Shown here: one piece after another, positions 9,930 to 18,987 of the stretch | How positions within the stretch are numbered: position 1 is the stretch's first letter | Layout of the letters: each line of letters opens with the position of its first letter | NCBI GenBank assembly: GCA_963753435.1 | Contig: CAVWCF010000001.1 | Coordinates: forward strand, 1,376,001-1,440,000 | Source: an uncultured Actinomycetota bacterium | Lineage (GTDB): Bacteria > Actinomycetota > Actinomycetes > CAVWCF01 | Reading direction: 5' to 3' | Length of the DNA stretch: 64,000 nucleotides | Notes under the pieces: model-generated | Told to the model about the DNA's origin: nothing | Database searches by the model: none | The model's input: only the letters and a program-made list of their open reading frames with translations | Program-made: the position numbers and the translations under genes

Positions 9930-10763
9930 ATGACGCAGGTCCTGCGCTACGCGGCGTTCACTGACGACCCGGCCGGCGGCAACCCGGCCGGAGTGGTGCT
10001 GGACGCAGATCTGACCGACGCAGCCAGGATGCAGCGCATCGCCGCTGAGGTCGGCTTCTCCGAGACCGCGTTCGTTCGCCGCAACGACGCCGAATCGGTG
10101 ACGGTGCGGTACTTCGCGCCCGCAACCGAGGTGCCGTTCTGCGGACACGCCACCATCGCGGCCGCGGTGGCGCTGGCCGAACGCGAGGGCCCGGGCAGCA
10201 TCCGCTTCGACACCCCGGCCGGTTCGGTGCCGGTAGAAACGAGTTCGGCGTCCGGGCGAATGCTGGCAACGCTGGTATCCGTGGAACCCGACGTAACCGA
10301 GGTGGCCGAGGCAGTCGCGTCCGCGGCACTTGCCGCGCTCGGCTGGCACCGCGACGACCTGAATCCGGAGTTGCCGATCCGGTCGGCGTACGCCGGGGCG
10401 GAGCACCTAGTCCTGGTCGCGCGCACCCGACAGCGGTTGGCGCACCTGGATTACGACGTCGATGCGCTGCGCGCGCTGATGCTGGCTCACAACTGGACCA
10501 CAGTGCACCTGGCCTGGCCGCAGAACGCGGACCTGCACCATGTGCGCAACCCGTTCCCGGTTGGTGGCGTGTACGAGGACCCGGCTACCGGCGCGGCGGC
10601 GGCCGCTTACGGCGCCTACCTCCGCGACCTTGGCGCGGTACCGAACGACGCCACCGTCACTTTGCTGCAGGGTGAGGACATGGGCCGACCCAGCCGGCTT
10701 GAGGTCCAACTGGTCGCCGACGACGCCCGGGTGCGGGTCAGTGGCGGAGCAGTCGAACTCTGA
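9930..10763 (+). CDS. PhzF-family isomerase/epimerase
   Basis: AFT..GGNPAGV, SETAF, EVPFCGHAT, EDPATGAA, QGEDMGRPS. Confidence 0.92.
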   Translation: MTQVLRYAAFTDDPAGGNPAGVVLDADLTDAARMQRIAAEVGFSETAFVRRNDAESVTVRYFAPATEVPFCGHATIAAAVALAEREGPGSIRFDTPAGSVPVETSSASGRMLATLVSVEPDVTEVAEAVASAALAALGWHRDDLNPELPIRSAYAGAEHLVLVARTRQRLAHLDYDVDALRALMLAHNWTTVHLAWPQNADLHHVRNPFPVGGVYEDPATGAAAAAYGAYLRDLGAVPNDATVTLLQGEDMGRPSRLEVQLVADDARVRVSGGAVEL

Positions 10764-10771
10764 GTCGCTCG

Positions 10772-10942
10772 CTACTCCTTGCTGGGCAGCACCGCGATGA
10801 CGATCAGGCCGATGAGCGGCAGCACGAACCCCAGCAGGCCGTAGCCGAGCCGGCTGCGGTTCTTCCGCGCGGCGATCGCGGCACAGATGAGCCCGAAGAC
10901 CGCCGCGACCACGAGGGCGACCAATAGCACCCAGACGTCCAT
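10772..10942 (-). CDS. 56-aa two-TM small membrane protein (absent from the ORF track)
   Basis: AGGAGG RBS, then MDVWVLLVALVVAAVFGLICAAIAARKNRSRLGYGLLGFVLPLIGLIVIAVLPSKE*. Confidence 0.75.
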   Translation of the reverse strand: MDVWVLLVALVVAAVFGLICAAIAARKNRSRLGYGLLGFVLPLIGLIVIAVLPSKE

Positions 10943-10982
10943 CACATTCCTCCTGTTGTGCTGGTCCGGCTACGCTTCCCGC

Positions 10983-11645
10983 ATGAGTGCCGTGATGCCC
11001 CTGGCTGCTGGCCGCGGGACCACGCGCGAGCGCATTGTGTCGCAGTTGCGTGATCAGATCGTGGACGGCTCGCTGTCTCCGGGGTTCCCGCTGCGCACCG
11101 AGGAGTTCATGAAGCGGCTGGGAGTGTCCAGTTCTCCGCTGCGTGAGGCGTTCGTGCAGTTGGAGGCCGAGGGCCTGGTCACGGTGAGCCCGAACCGGGG
11201 CGCATCGGTCACCACACTCACACAACGCGACGCGTCGGACCTGCTGCAAGTGACCGCGCTGCTGTGGGACGCCGTTGCCCGCTGGACGGTGCCGGTTCTC
11301 GATACCGACCAGGTCACCAAATTGCGCAGAGCAGCAGGGAACTTCGCCCTGGCGTTGCGCAGCGGGGACGTCCGGGGCGCGGTGCTTGAGGCCGAGAGGT
11401 TCCAGTCCGAACTGCTGCTTGCTTGCTGGAGCACTGAGCTCGTTCGGTCGGTGCAGGCGATCCGCTCCCGCCAGCAGCGCGTGCTGCGGGCGCTGGCGAC
11501 GCCGGAGACCCTGGACCCCATCATCGATTTCCATGAAGCCGTTCTGGTCCACGCCGGCGAATCGAGCGCCGAGGCCGCCTGCGAGGCCCTGCGCGAGGTG
11601 TGGCGCGTGCAGCAAGCCGCATTGGGAGTTCTGCCAGCACAGTGA
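10983..11645 (+). CDS. GntR (FCD) family transcriptional regulator
   Basis: wHTH motif LGVSSSPLREAFVQLEAEGLV..PNRGASV; TACGCT lies 6 nt before ATG, suggesting a leaderless mRNA. Confidence 0.88.
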   Translation: MSAVMPLAAGRGTTRERIVSQLRDQIVDGSLSPGFPLRTEEFMKRLGVSSSPLREAFVQLEAEGLVTVSPNRGASVTTLTQRDASDLLQVTALLWDAVARWTVPVLDTDQVTKLRRAAGNFALALRSGDVRGAVLEAERFQSELLLACWSTELVRSVQAIRSRQQRVLRALATPETLDPIIDFHEAVLVHAGESSAEAACEALREVWRVQQAALGVLPAQ

Positions 11646-12115
11646 CTGTGCAAGGACGCCTTCCCCAGACGGCTGAGTCAGCCGCGGAACGAAGGCGCGC
11701 CCGACAGCGATCGGCTGCGATGCGCCAACGTGCCGGCGCCTGGAACCGTCGGCTGGGCTGGATCCTGCTCCCGATCGTCCTGACCGCGGTCACCATGCAC
11801 TACCTGGGCGCCCAGACCGGAACTGCCAACACCGTCGTCCTGGTACTGCAGTTCACCTTTGTGCCGCTGTGGGCTGTGCACACCGCGCTCAGCGTCTACG
11901 TGTTCGGTTGGGTGCGACCCGCCTTGACCTTGCGGGTATTCCACATCTGGTTCGGGTACGCATACATCGGGTTGGTGCTGCTGTCGCAGACCACCTTCGG
12001 GGTTGAACCGCTGCACGCGATCGCGACGGTTGCGATGTTCGCCGCCCTCGCCACCCACGTCGGAATCGGTATCTACTACGCCCGCTGGCGGCGGCGCGGA
12101 GTGCTCCTGCCGTAG
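11642..12115 (+). CDS. Four-TM His-containing membrane protein
   Basis: GTGA overlap with the gntR stop; four hydrophobic segments with five His residues. Confidence 0.7.
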   Translation: MTVQGRLPQTAESAAERRRARQRSAAMRQRAGAWNRRLGWILLPIVLTAVTMHYLGAQTGTANTVVLVLQFTFVPLWAVHTALSVYVFGWVRPALTLRVFHIWFGYAYIGLVLLSQTTFGVEPLHAIATVAMFAALATHVGIGIYYARWRRRGVLLP

Positions 12116-12228
12116 GCCGCGTTACCGAATCGTTACCAAAACTGGGTTGTTGTGCCCAATCTTGTACGCAAACCTAATCCGAACCCGGCGCGAACTGCGC
12201 ACAGCCCATGACTCCTGGAGCCCACTTC

Positions 12229-13728
12229 ATGAATCGCTACCTTCGAACCGGCCTAGCCGCCGGGGCAGCCGTGCTGCTGCCCATCGGCTTCGTCGGCGTG
12301 GCCGATGCGGCCACCGACCCAGTCTTTGATCTCACCCTCGTCGATGCCGCACTGCCCGGCGCCGCCTTCATCGTGAACGGCAACGTCAATGGCGACGTGC
12401 GGCCCGAACTAGTTGCCACCGCCTTCGGTCCGTACGCCGGTCCGGCGCCGGCCGGAGCGGGGACCGTCACGCTCTACAACAACACCGCCAAGAACAAGCA
12501 GGGCGGCGACATCGACAGCTGGGCGCCGACCACGATCGTTCCGCAGAGCGCGGGCATCTACGGCCCCAACCAGCCCACGCTTTCCGACGTCGACGGTGAC
12601 GGCGACGTGGATGTCATCCTGCCGGGCGGCAACTTCTTCAAGTCCACGTTCTCGACGCTCGGCCCGCCGTTCAGCAATGTGGGCAGCGGCACCCTCTCCT
12701 GGTGGGAGAACCGCGCCAACGGCAGCACCTGGATCGGCCATGACATCGTCGCCGACAGCACCTTCACCGGTCCGTCGACGGCGCCGTTCGACCCGGATGG
12801 TCCCGGCCCCGCGCCCGCCATTCCCGGTACGACGCAGCGGAACTACTCCTACCACGGCGTGGAGCACGTTGACTTCGACGGCGACGGCATCAAGGACCTC
12901 GTTACCGTCGGCGAGGACGGCGGGAACCCGTCCGACGCAACCGACGACCTCACGCAGTTGCAGTACCTGCCCGGCCTCGGCGGCGGCAACTTCGGTGCGC
13001 CGGTCGACCTCGGTCCCGGTGGCGGCAGCCTCCCGGTCGTGGACGACGTGAACGGCGACGGCGACTTGGATGTCGTCTCTGCGCAGTTCTTCGGCGCGGT
13101 TCAAGGTCAGCCGTTCATCCCGCCGTTCGCACGTACCCCAGCGAGTTCGTCGTACGTGTGGTTCGACCGGACCGGTACCGCGGCCGACGGTCTGGACGCG
13201 TCTGACTTCACCCCGCGCATCATCGGAGCCGCCCAGGGCCCCGGCTTCTCCATCCAGAAGGTGGAGAACCTCCGCGGCGATGGCATCGACAGGTGGGTCG
13301 CGACCAACCACACCAACGACAAGGTTCCGTTCCCGCCGTTCAGCCTCCAGCCGAAGCCGAACGTGTACGAGTTCACGCCTGGAGCCAACCCGACCCAGCC
13401 GTGGAGCGTCGTCCAGCTGACGCAGGACGGTGACATCTCCATCACCGGCCCGCCGCCGTCGAACCCGGGCCAGGCCGCACCTGGCGTCACTTCCCCTGGC
13501 GACCTGGACGGCGATGGCGACATCGACCTGGCAGTGTCTGGGGACGGTGACCGTCAGGTGTTCTGGCTGGAGCAGGTGAGCCCCGGGTCCTTCGAGTTGA
13601 ACCAACTGCCCGGAGGCACTGGATGGGGTCAGGCTGGCGCGACCGCGGGCGACCTCAACCGGGACGGCGTCGCCGAGATGGCGTTCGCCTCCTTCGACAA
13701 GAGCCAGGTAGGTATCTGGCAGAGCTAG
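12229..13728 (+). CDS. Secreted FG-GAP/VCBS repeat beta-propeller protein
   Basis: Signal peptide; about 7 DxDGDG-type Ca-binding loops (DVDGDGDVD, DFDGDGIKD, DVNGDGDLD, DLDGDGDID, DLNRDGVAE). Confidence 0.88.
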   Translation: MNRYLRTGLAAGAAVLLPIGFVGVADAATDPVFDLTLVDAALPGAAFIVNGNVNGDVRPELVATAFGPYAGPAPAGAGTVTLYNNTAKNKQGGDIDSWAPTTIVPQSAGIYGPNQPTLSDVDGDGDVDVILPGGNFFKSTFSTLGPPFSNVGSGTLSWWENRANGSTWIGHDIVADSTFTGPSTAPFDPDGPGPAPAIPGTTQRNYSYHGVEHVDFDGDGIKDLVTVGEDGGNPSDATDDLTQLQYLPGLGGGNFGAPVDLGPGGGSLPVVDDVNGDGDLDVVSAQFFGAVQGQPFIPPFARTPASSSYVWFDRTGTAADGLDASDFTPRIIGAAQGPGFSIQKVENLRGDGIDRWVATNHTNDKVPFPPFSLQPKPNVYEFTPGANPTQPWSVVQLTQDGDISITGPPPSNPGQAAPGVTSPGDLDGDGDIDLAVSGDGDRQVFWLEQVSPGSFELNQLPGGTGWGQAGATAGDLNRDGVAEMAFASFDKSQVGIWQS

Positions 13729-13745
13729 TCACGTAACCAGAGGGA

Positions 13746-13783
13746 AGAGTTGGGGCCCGGCCTTACGGCCGGGCCCCAACTCT
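13746..13783. terminator. Bidirectional terminator hairpin between convergent genes
   Basis: AGAGTTGGGGCCCGGCC-TTAC-GGCCGGGCCCCAACTCT, a perfect 17-bp stem. Confidence 0.85.
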
Positions 13784-13817
13784 GTTCCGTAGACCGAGAT
13801 TGCGGTCAAAGCGGCAG

Positions 13818-14342
13818 TCAGATGAAGAGCAACTGCGCGCCTTCAGTCATCTCGATGAAGTCCGACGCGGAGATGATCGCCTCGACTCCCTCGTACAGGT
13901 CGTCCTTGCCCAGGTGGTTCATGTCCGCGGACATCTTGCAGGCCCATAGGCGGCCACCGGAAGCGCTGATCTGATCGAGGAAGTCCGGGACCTCCGGAAC
14001 GTCGAGCTCGGCGATCGACTTCTTCAACTTGTTCGTGGCCATCGCGGTGACGCCGGGCAGTCCGCCCATCCCTTGGGGCATGTGCGTGGCGGGGTTGCCC
14101 AGGGGCGTGAACTTGAGGTGCCCCATCGTTTCCTTGTTGATGATCTCGAAACCCCAGAAGGTGAAGAAGAGGTGCACCTCAACACCTTCACCGAGTGCGG
14201 CGTTGGCGAGGATCAGGCCCGGGTAGGCCATGTCCAGGCTGCCCTTGGAGCAGATGATCGCCAGCTTGCGCTGACCGCCTTCTTCGTCGTCGAAGGCCGG
14301 TACTAGCGGGGCTGTTGATGTGGTGGTCATTTCAATCTCCAA
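13818..14342 (-). CDS. DsrE/DsrF/DrsH-like (DsrE2) sulfur carrier
   Basis: IICSKGSLDMAYP, LFFTFWG, ACKMSADM, LLFI C-terminus. Confidence 0.88.
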   Translation of the reverse strand: MEIEMTTTSTAPLVPAFDDEEGGQRKLAIICSKGSLDMAYPGLILANAALGEGVEVHLFFTFWGFEIINKETMGHLKFTPLGNPATHMPQGMGGLPGVTAMATNKLKKSIAELDVPEVPDFLDQISASGGRLWACKMSADMNHLGKDDLYEGVEAIISASDFIEMTEGAQLLFI

Positions 14343-14657
14343 TCAGACGCAGCCGACAGGCTTGGGTAGCCCGGCTACGTACGCCATCTTCTTGGCCGGC
14401 TTCTTCGGGAACAGGGTGAACAACTCCTTGGTCGGAATGCCGCCGACTGTGGAGACCCGGCGCAGCGTGGGCGTCTCGCCCTCGGCCTTGAAGTCCTCGC
14501 GCAGGAAGCGGATCGCCTTCCAGTGCTCATCGGTCATCTCGATACCGATCAGCGTGGCCAACTCCTTGCCGAGCGTCTCATCCCACTCGTCGTAGTTGGT
14601 CATGAAACCCTCGTCGTCGACCTGAACGTCGCGACCGGCGATGGTTGTGGTGGTCAT
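14343..14657 (-). CDS. TusE/DsrC-family sulfur relay protein
   Basis: DDEGF...W, HWKAIRFLR, LFP, C-terminal AGLPKPVGCV. Confidence 0.92.
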   Translation of the reverse strand: MTTTTIAGRDVQVDDEGFMTNYDEWDETLGKELATLIGIEMTDEHWKAIRFLREDFKAEGETPTLRRVSTVGGIPTKELFTLFPKKPAKKMAYVAGLPKPVGCV

Positions 14658-14695
14658 GAACTCATTCCTCTCTTCGTGCGCCTGAGGTTGTGCAT

Positions 14696-15934
14696 CTACG
14701 CAGCGGATTCGTCTTTGCCGGCCATGCTCATGGCCGCGGGCACTGGCATGGGGCGACCCGGCAGCAGCACGTTCCAGTACATCCAGCGGAACGCCAACTT
14801 GCCCCAGTGGTTCTGCCGTGTCTCCTTGAGCAGGCTGAACGGGCCGACCCCCGGCACCGGGTACTTGCCCGGCAACGGCTGGGTGTCGTAGTTGAAGTCG
14901 ATCAGCAGGGCCTTGCCCTGGCCTGACTCGATGAAGCAGTTGGCGTGCCCGTCGAACAACTCCGTCATCGGGCGGCCGGCAATGTGCTCGACGAAGTTGT
15001 CGGCGAACATGTCGACGGCGAAGTGGGCCACCGAACCAGCCTTCGACGTCGGCAGGTCAGCGGCGTCACCAAGGGCGAAGACGTTGTCGTACTTCTTCGA
15101 AAGCATGGTGTGTTTGTCGACAGCGACGTAGTTCAACTCGTTGCCGAGACCACTACGGGCGATGAAGTCCGCTCCCATGTTCAGCGGCACGGTGACCAGC
15201 AGATCGAACGGCACCTCGCGCTCGTCCATGGAGACGATCTGCTTCTTCTCGTTGTCGACGGTGTCGATGTAGAAGTCCGGCTCCAGGGCGATCCCCCGCG
15301 ACTGCAGCATGTCGCCGAGATGCTTGGAGGCAACCGGCTTGGTGAAAGCGCCGTCCAGCGGCGTCACGTAGGTGATGTCAACCCGGTCCCGGATCCCACG
15401 CTGCTTGAAGTAGTCGTCGGCCAGGAAGGTGAACTCCAGCGGAGCCACCGGGCACTTGATCGGCATCTCAGTGATGTGCACGACCAAGCGGCCGCCGTGG
15501 AAGTCCTTCAGCGTCTGAGCCAGCGCCGTCGCCCCCTCCAGCGTGTAGAACTCATGCACGCTCTTGCGGAACTCCGGCCCATCCATTCCCGGTGTTTGGT
15601 CCGGGCGCGGAGACGACCCGGACGCGATGATCAGGTAGTCGTACTCCAGGGTGTGACCACCCTTGAGATGCACCTGATTGGCATCGGCGTCCACCTTGTC
15701 GATGTCGGCCAATACCAACTTCACCCCGGGGTCGAGCTGCTTGCGCTTGGGCTTGGTTAGGTCCTCGGGTTGGTACCAACCAAACGGAACAAACAGATAC
15801 CCAGGCTGGTAGTAGTGATCCGGGTCGACGTCTACGACCGTGATCTCCCACTCACCCGCGGGTAGTCGGGGACGCAACTTGTTGGCAGCCATCGTGCCTG
15901 CCGTGCCGCCCCCGAGAATTACGAGTCGACTCAT
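14696..15934 (-). CDS. sqr: Sulfide:quinone oxidoreductase-like flavoprotein (type III-like)
   Basis: GGGTAG FAD motif, YYQPG, IKCPVAPLE, GDAADLPTSKAGS, FDGHANCFIESG. Confidence 0.85.
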   Translation of the reverse strand: MSRLVILGGGTAGTMAANKLRPRLPAGEWEITVVDVDPDHYYQPGYLFVPFGWYQPEDLTKPKRKQLDPGVKLVLADIDKVDADANQVHLKGGHTLEYDYLIIASGSSPRPDQTPGMDGPEFRKSVHEFYTLEGATALAQTLKDFHGGRLVVHITEMPIKCPVAPLEFTFLADDYFKQRGIRDRVDITYVTPLDGAFTKPVASKHLGDMLQSRGIALEPDFYIDTVDNEKKQIVSMDEREVPFDLLVTVPLNMGADFIARSGLGNELNYVAVDKHTMLSKKYDNVFALGDAADLPTSKAGSVAHFAVDMFADNFVEHIAGRPMTELFDGHANCFIESGQGKALLIDFNYDTQPLPGKYPVPGVGPFSLLKETRQNHWGKLAFRWMYWNVLLPGRPMPVPAAMSMAGKDESAA

Positions 15935-15969
15935 GACTGGCTCCCTTCGCCCACATTGAACGCTGCCGA

Positions 15970-15983
15970 TACCCCAGGGGGTA
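15970..15983. promoter_or_regulatory. CsoR/CstR/RicR-type operator palindrome
   Basis: TACCCC-AG-GGGGTA, about 35 bp upstream of the sqr start. Confidence 0.7.
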
Positions 15984-16036
15984 GTGGCCAAAGTCCCCGC
16001 GCGCAGTGTGATCTGGGCGACATGGCGGCTGTCGAC

Positions 16037-17431
16037 CTAGCCCGGCGGACCTTCCACCAGGGTGGACTGCAAAGCCACCTCCAGCAACTCGTCCCCCAAT
16101 GGATCCTCCGGGTGGGGCCGGATTCGCATGGTCGACGACTCCTCGCCCGGCGGGGGTGGCTCGGTCCGGTACCGGGCACCGTGAGGACTCACCCACTGCA
16201 GGCCGCCCGCCCGGCCCTGGTCAGGCTGGACCGACCAGCCCGACTCGTGCTTGAACCGGTGATGGCGCCGACACAAGGCAGCCAGATTGGCTGCAGCAGT
16301 TGGGCCCTCCGGGAAACGGACTGTGTGGTCGAGATCGCACCCCGTCGCCCGTCGCCGACAGCCCGGGAATCGACAGTAGCCATCCCGGACCCGCACGAAC
16401 CGGTCCAAATCGGTCGGCGGGGCGTAGCGGGTCCGACCGACGTCCAGAACGGTCCCTGCAGCGGGGTCGGTGAGGATGCGCCGCCACGTGGCCTCCTTGG
16501 CCAACTCCTTGGCCAGGTCCGCAGGAATGGGCCCGCACCCGGAGAGATCTGCGGGCTCCCCGTCGAGGCCAAGCAACGACGTGATCGACACGGTGAGGTG
16601 CAGTTGCGGACGCGGACGCGACTCGGGCGTGCCAGCCAGCAACTCCACGAACGCGTCCGCTCGTCGCTGATCGGCAGTCCGCGGGTCACTGCCTTGCTTG
16701 CGGCCGGCAGCTTGGTTGAGCACTGTGTTGATTGCGGCCGCGTCCGAAGCGGAAAGCAGTGCCCACAGTTCAGCCATTCCGTCATCGGTGGGGGTAATGG
16801 TCACGTGCCGAGACCTCTGCGCCTCGGCCACGCGGTCCGCAGCTGTGGGGCCGAGTGCGATCACGGCACGGCGCAGGCAGGCACGCAGTTGTGCCAGGGT
16901 CTGAAACTCAGCTCTGGGCAGCACTCGCCGCTCAAGTGCCGCGGTCGCATCCTCATCCAGCAGCGATACGGCGTCGATGATGGCCCTCACCTTGGCCGCA
17001 TCAATGCGTCCCGTGCGTAGCGCGCCGAGCGTCAGGGGCAAGCTCGCGCAAAGAGTCACCGCATCCCGAACTTTGGTCTCAGCAGCCCGCGGGGACCATT
17101 TGAGAACCGAGCCCACCTCCAGCGCCGCGGGCGCTAGCGGGGACATACCCGCCGGCGCCGGTATCTCCGGCTCGCGGGCGGCGAACTCCGCGATCAATTC
17201 CGCTTCCCGCGCCTGCAGCCAGGCGATTGCCCGCGCCGTATCGGACAGGGCGTTCAGGAGTTGGTCGGGCGACGCAGTGCTGTGGTCGAAGCCGGCCAAC
17301 TCGTAGGACACGTCGGCTGACTGAACCGGACGATCAGGGTCCGGGTAGGTGCTAGGCCCCGACAACGCCGCTGCTTGGTGCATGAACCGGACGCTAGAAA
17401 CAGGGTCCGACACGGCGCCGCCACAATCCAC
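16037..17431 (-). mobile_element. DUF222 (REP13E12-like) HNH endonuclease gene; start uncertain (17383-17431)
   Basis: DUF222 helical region, RTADQRRADA, RDGYCRFPGC...CDLDH...NLAALCRRHHRFKH. Confidence 0.85.
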
Positions 17432-17508
17432 ATGGCGTCAGGGTTCCCCCGGCCAGGCAGTGACTCCGAATCCGAAACGGCGGCGTGACCTCTCGCTGCG
17501 TCCAGCGC

Positions 17509-18735
17509 TCAGGCGAATGCCTGACCCGGCTCGATCTCAACGGTGTCATGGTGGATGCCGTCGCGATCGAGAATGGCCAGATACGGGTCCGGGTCAAAGG
17601 AGTCCGCGGACAAGACACCGACACCCGACCACGCGCCGTCGGCGAGCAACTCCATCGCCACGACCGGATTGAATCCCGCCTGCCATGCGACTGGTTGAAG
17701 TCCGAACCGCTCCACCGTGTCTTGGGCATCGCACATCTGGTAGCTGAAGATCTCGCGCGCTTTCCCATCCTTCATGCCCGTGACGTGGGTTCCTACGATC
17801 ACGCGCCCGGTCATGTGATCCCCCAGCGTCGCCGGGTCAGGGACTAGCGCTGCCACAACGTTGCGGGGGATGACCAGCTGACCATCAACCTCAATCGCAT
17901 CGGTGCGATCGAGGCCGATCGCGTGGAGCACCTTTAGGGCGCCGATGAACTCCTCGCCGAGGGCGAACTTGAAGGTGACTCGCCTGGCATCAAGCACCCG
18001 AGGGATCATCGCGACGTCTTCATGCTCGACGTGCACACACTCCACGGGTCCGATGCCCTCGGGGAATATGAACTTCTCCGGTTCTGCGAACGGTGGGACC
18101 GTGAAGAAGCCGCGTTCCTTCTCCCAGACCAAAGGCGGGTTGAGGCACTCCTCGATCGTGGTCCAGATGGAGAAGACCGTCGCGAATGGGTAGTCCTGAA
18201 TCCGCAGGTCCCCGCCCGCGCGGATGTTCACATCGTGCACCTCGTCAAAGAGGTGCTTGGAAGCGTGCGCGGCGAACACTTGCGCGAGCCCGGGGCTGAC
18301 CCCTTGCCCGATCAGCGCCAGCCGACCTTTCTCACGCCACGCAGCGTCGAGCGCGAACTGATCATCACCCAGCTTCACACCGACGGCCGAATAGGGGTTG
18401 GCTGCATCCGGGGAAGAGACACTGAGGGCCATGTCCATGTAATCGACATCGGCCGCCAAGGCCCCCGTGAAGATCGGCATGACGAAGCGCGGATCAGCGG
18501 CGTTCATCACGAGGTCGACCCCGTGCGATCGAGCCAGCGACTCGACCGCGGATGCGTCGGAGGCGTCCAACTGGGCCACGCTGTGGAGTTCCGGCGCGCC
18601 GATCGCGCTGGCGACCTCCTGCGCTCGAACTACATCCTGATCGGCCAGGATCATGTGCTCCAACCACGGTCGACCGGCACTGAGCCGCGCAATCGCCTCG
18701 CCGACGGTTCCGATCCCGATCAACAGTACTTTCAC
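17509..18735 (-). CDS. Saccharopine dehydrogenase-like oxidoreductase (carboxyspermidine dehydrogenase-like)
   Basis: IGIGTVG Rossmann motif, MNAADP, YMDMA, FSIWTTIEECLNPP, VEHE. Confidence 0.85.
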   Translation of the reverse strand: MKVLLIGIGTVGEAIARLSAGRPWLEHMILADQDVVRAQEVASAIGAPELHSVAQLDASDASAVESLARSHGVDLVMNAADPRFVMPIFTGALAADVDYMDMALSVSSPDAANPYSAVGVKLGDDQFALDAAWREKGRLALIGQGVSPGLAQVFAAHASKHLFDEVHDVNIRAGGDLRIQDYPFATVFSIWTTIEECLNPPLVWEKERGFFTVPPFAEPEKFIFPEGIGPVECVHVEHEDVAMIPRVLDARRVTFKFALGEEFIGALKVLHAIGLDRTDAIEVDGQLVIPRNVVAALVPDPATLGDHMTGRVIVGTHVTGMKDGKAREIFSYQMCDAQDTVERFGLQPVAWQAGFNPVVAMELLADGAWSGVGVLSADSFDPDPYLAILDRDGIHHDTVEIEPGQAFA

Positions 18736-18859
18736 ATCACACCTCTACTTGGTCGCCCGGTCGTCTCGCCGACTAGGTGAACCTACTGCGCAGCCAGGCG
18801 AGGTGCGCGCGCAAGTCGGTCGGGCGAGGAAGGCGCCCCACGGGCTGCCCCACGAGCAA

Positions 18860-18892
18860 AGGCCCCGACCGCGTTTCCGCTGGTCGGGGCCT
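18860..18892 (-). terminator. Hairpin downstream of tRNA-Leu
   Basis: AGGCCCCGACC pairs with GGTCGGGGCCT. Confidence 0.65.
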
Positions 18893-18903
18893 CATTTGCA
18901 CCG

Positions 18904-18987
18904 TGCGCGAGGGGGGAGTTGAACCCCCACGCCCTTTCGGGCACACGGACCTGAACCGTGCGCGTCTGCCTGTTCCGCCACTCGCGC
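18904..18987 (-). tRNA. tRNA-Leu(CAG)
   Basis: GCGCGAG/CTCGCGC acceptor stem, CACGG-TTCAGGT-CCGTG anticodon arm, long variable arm, GTTCAA T-loop; CCA not encoded. Confidence 0.96.

Noticed and set aside
7400-18900. Prophage, ICE or anti-phage defence island at tRNA-Leu
   Set aside because: No integrase, att duplication, or phage, conjugation or recognisable defence genes seen; the only nuclease is the common DUF222-HNH type.
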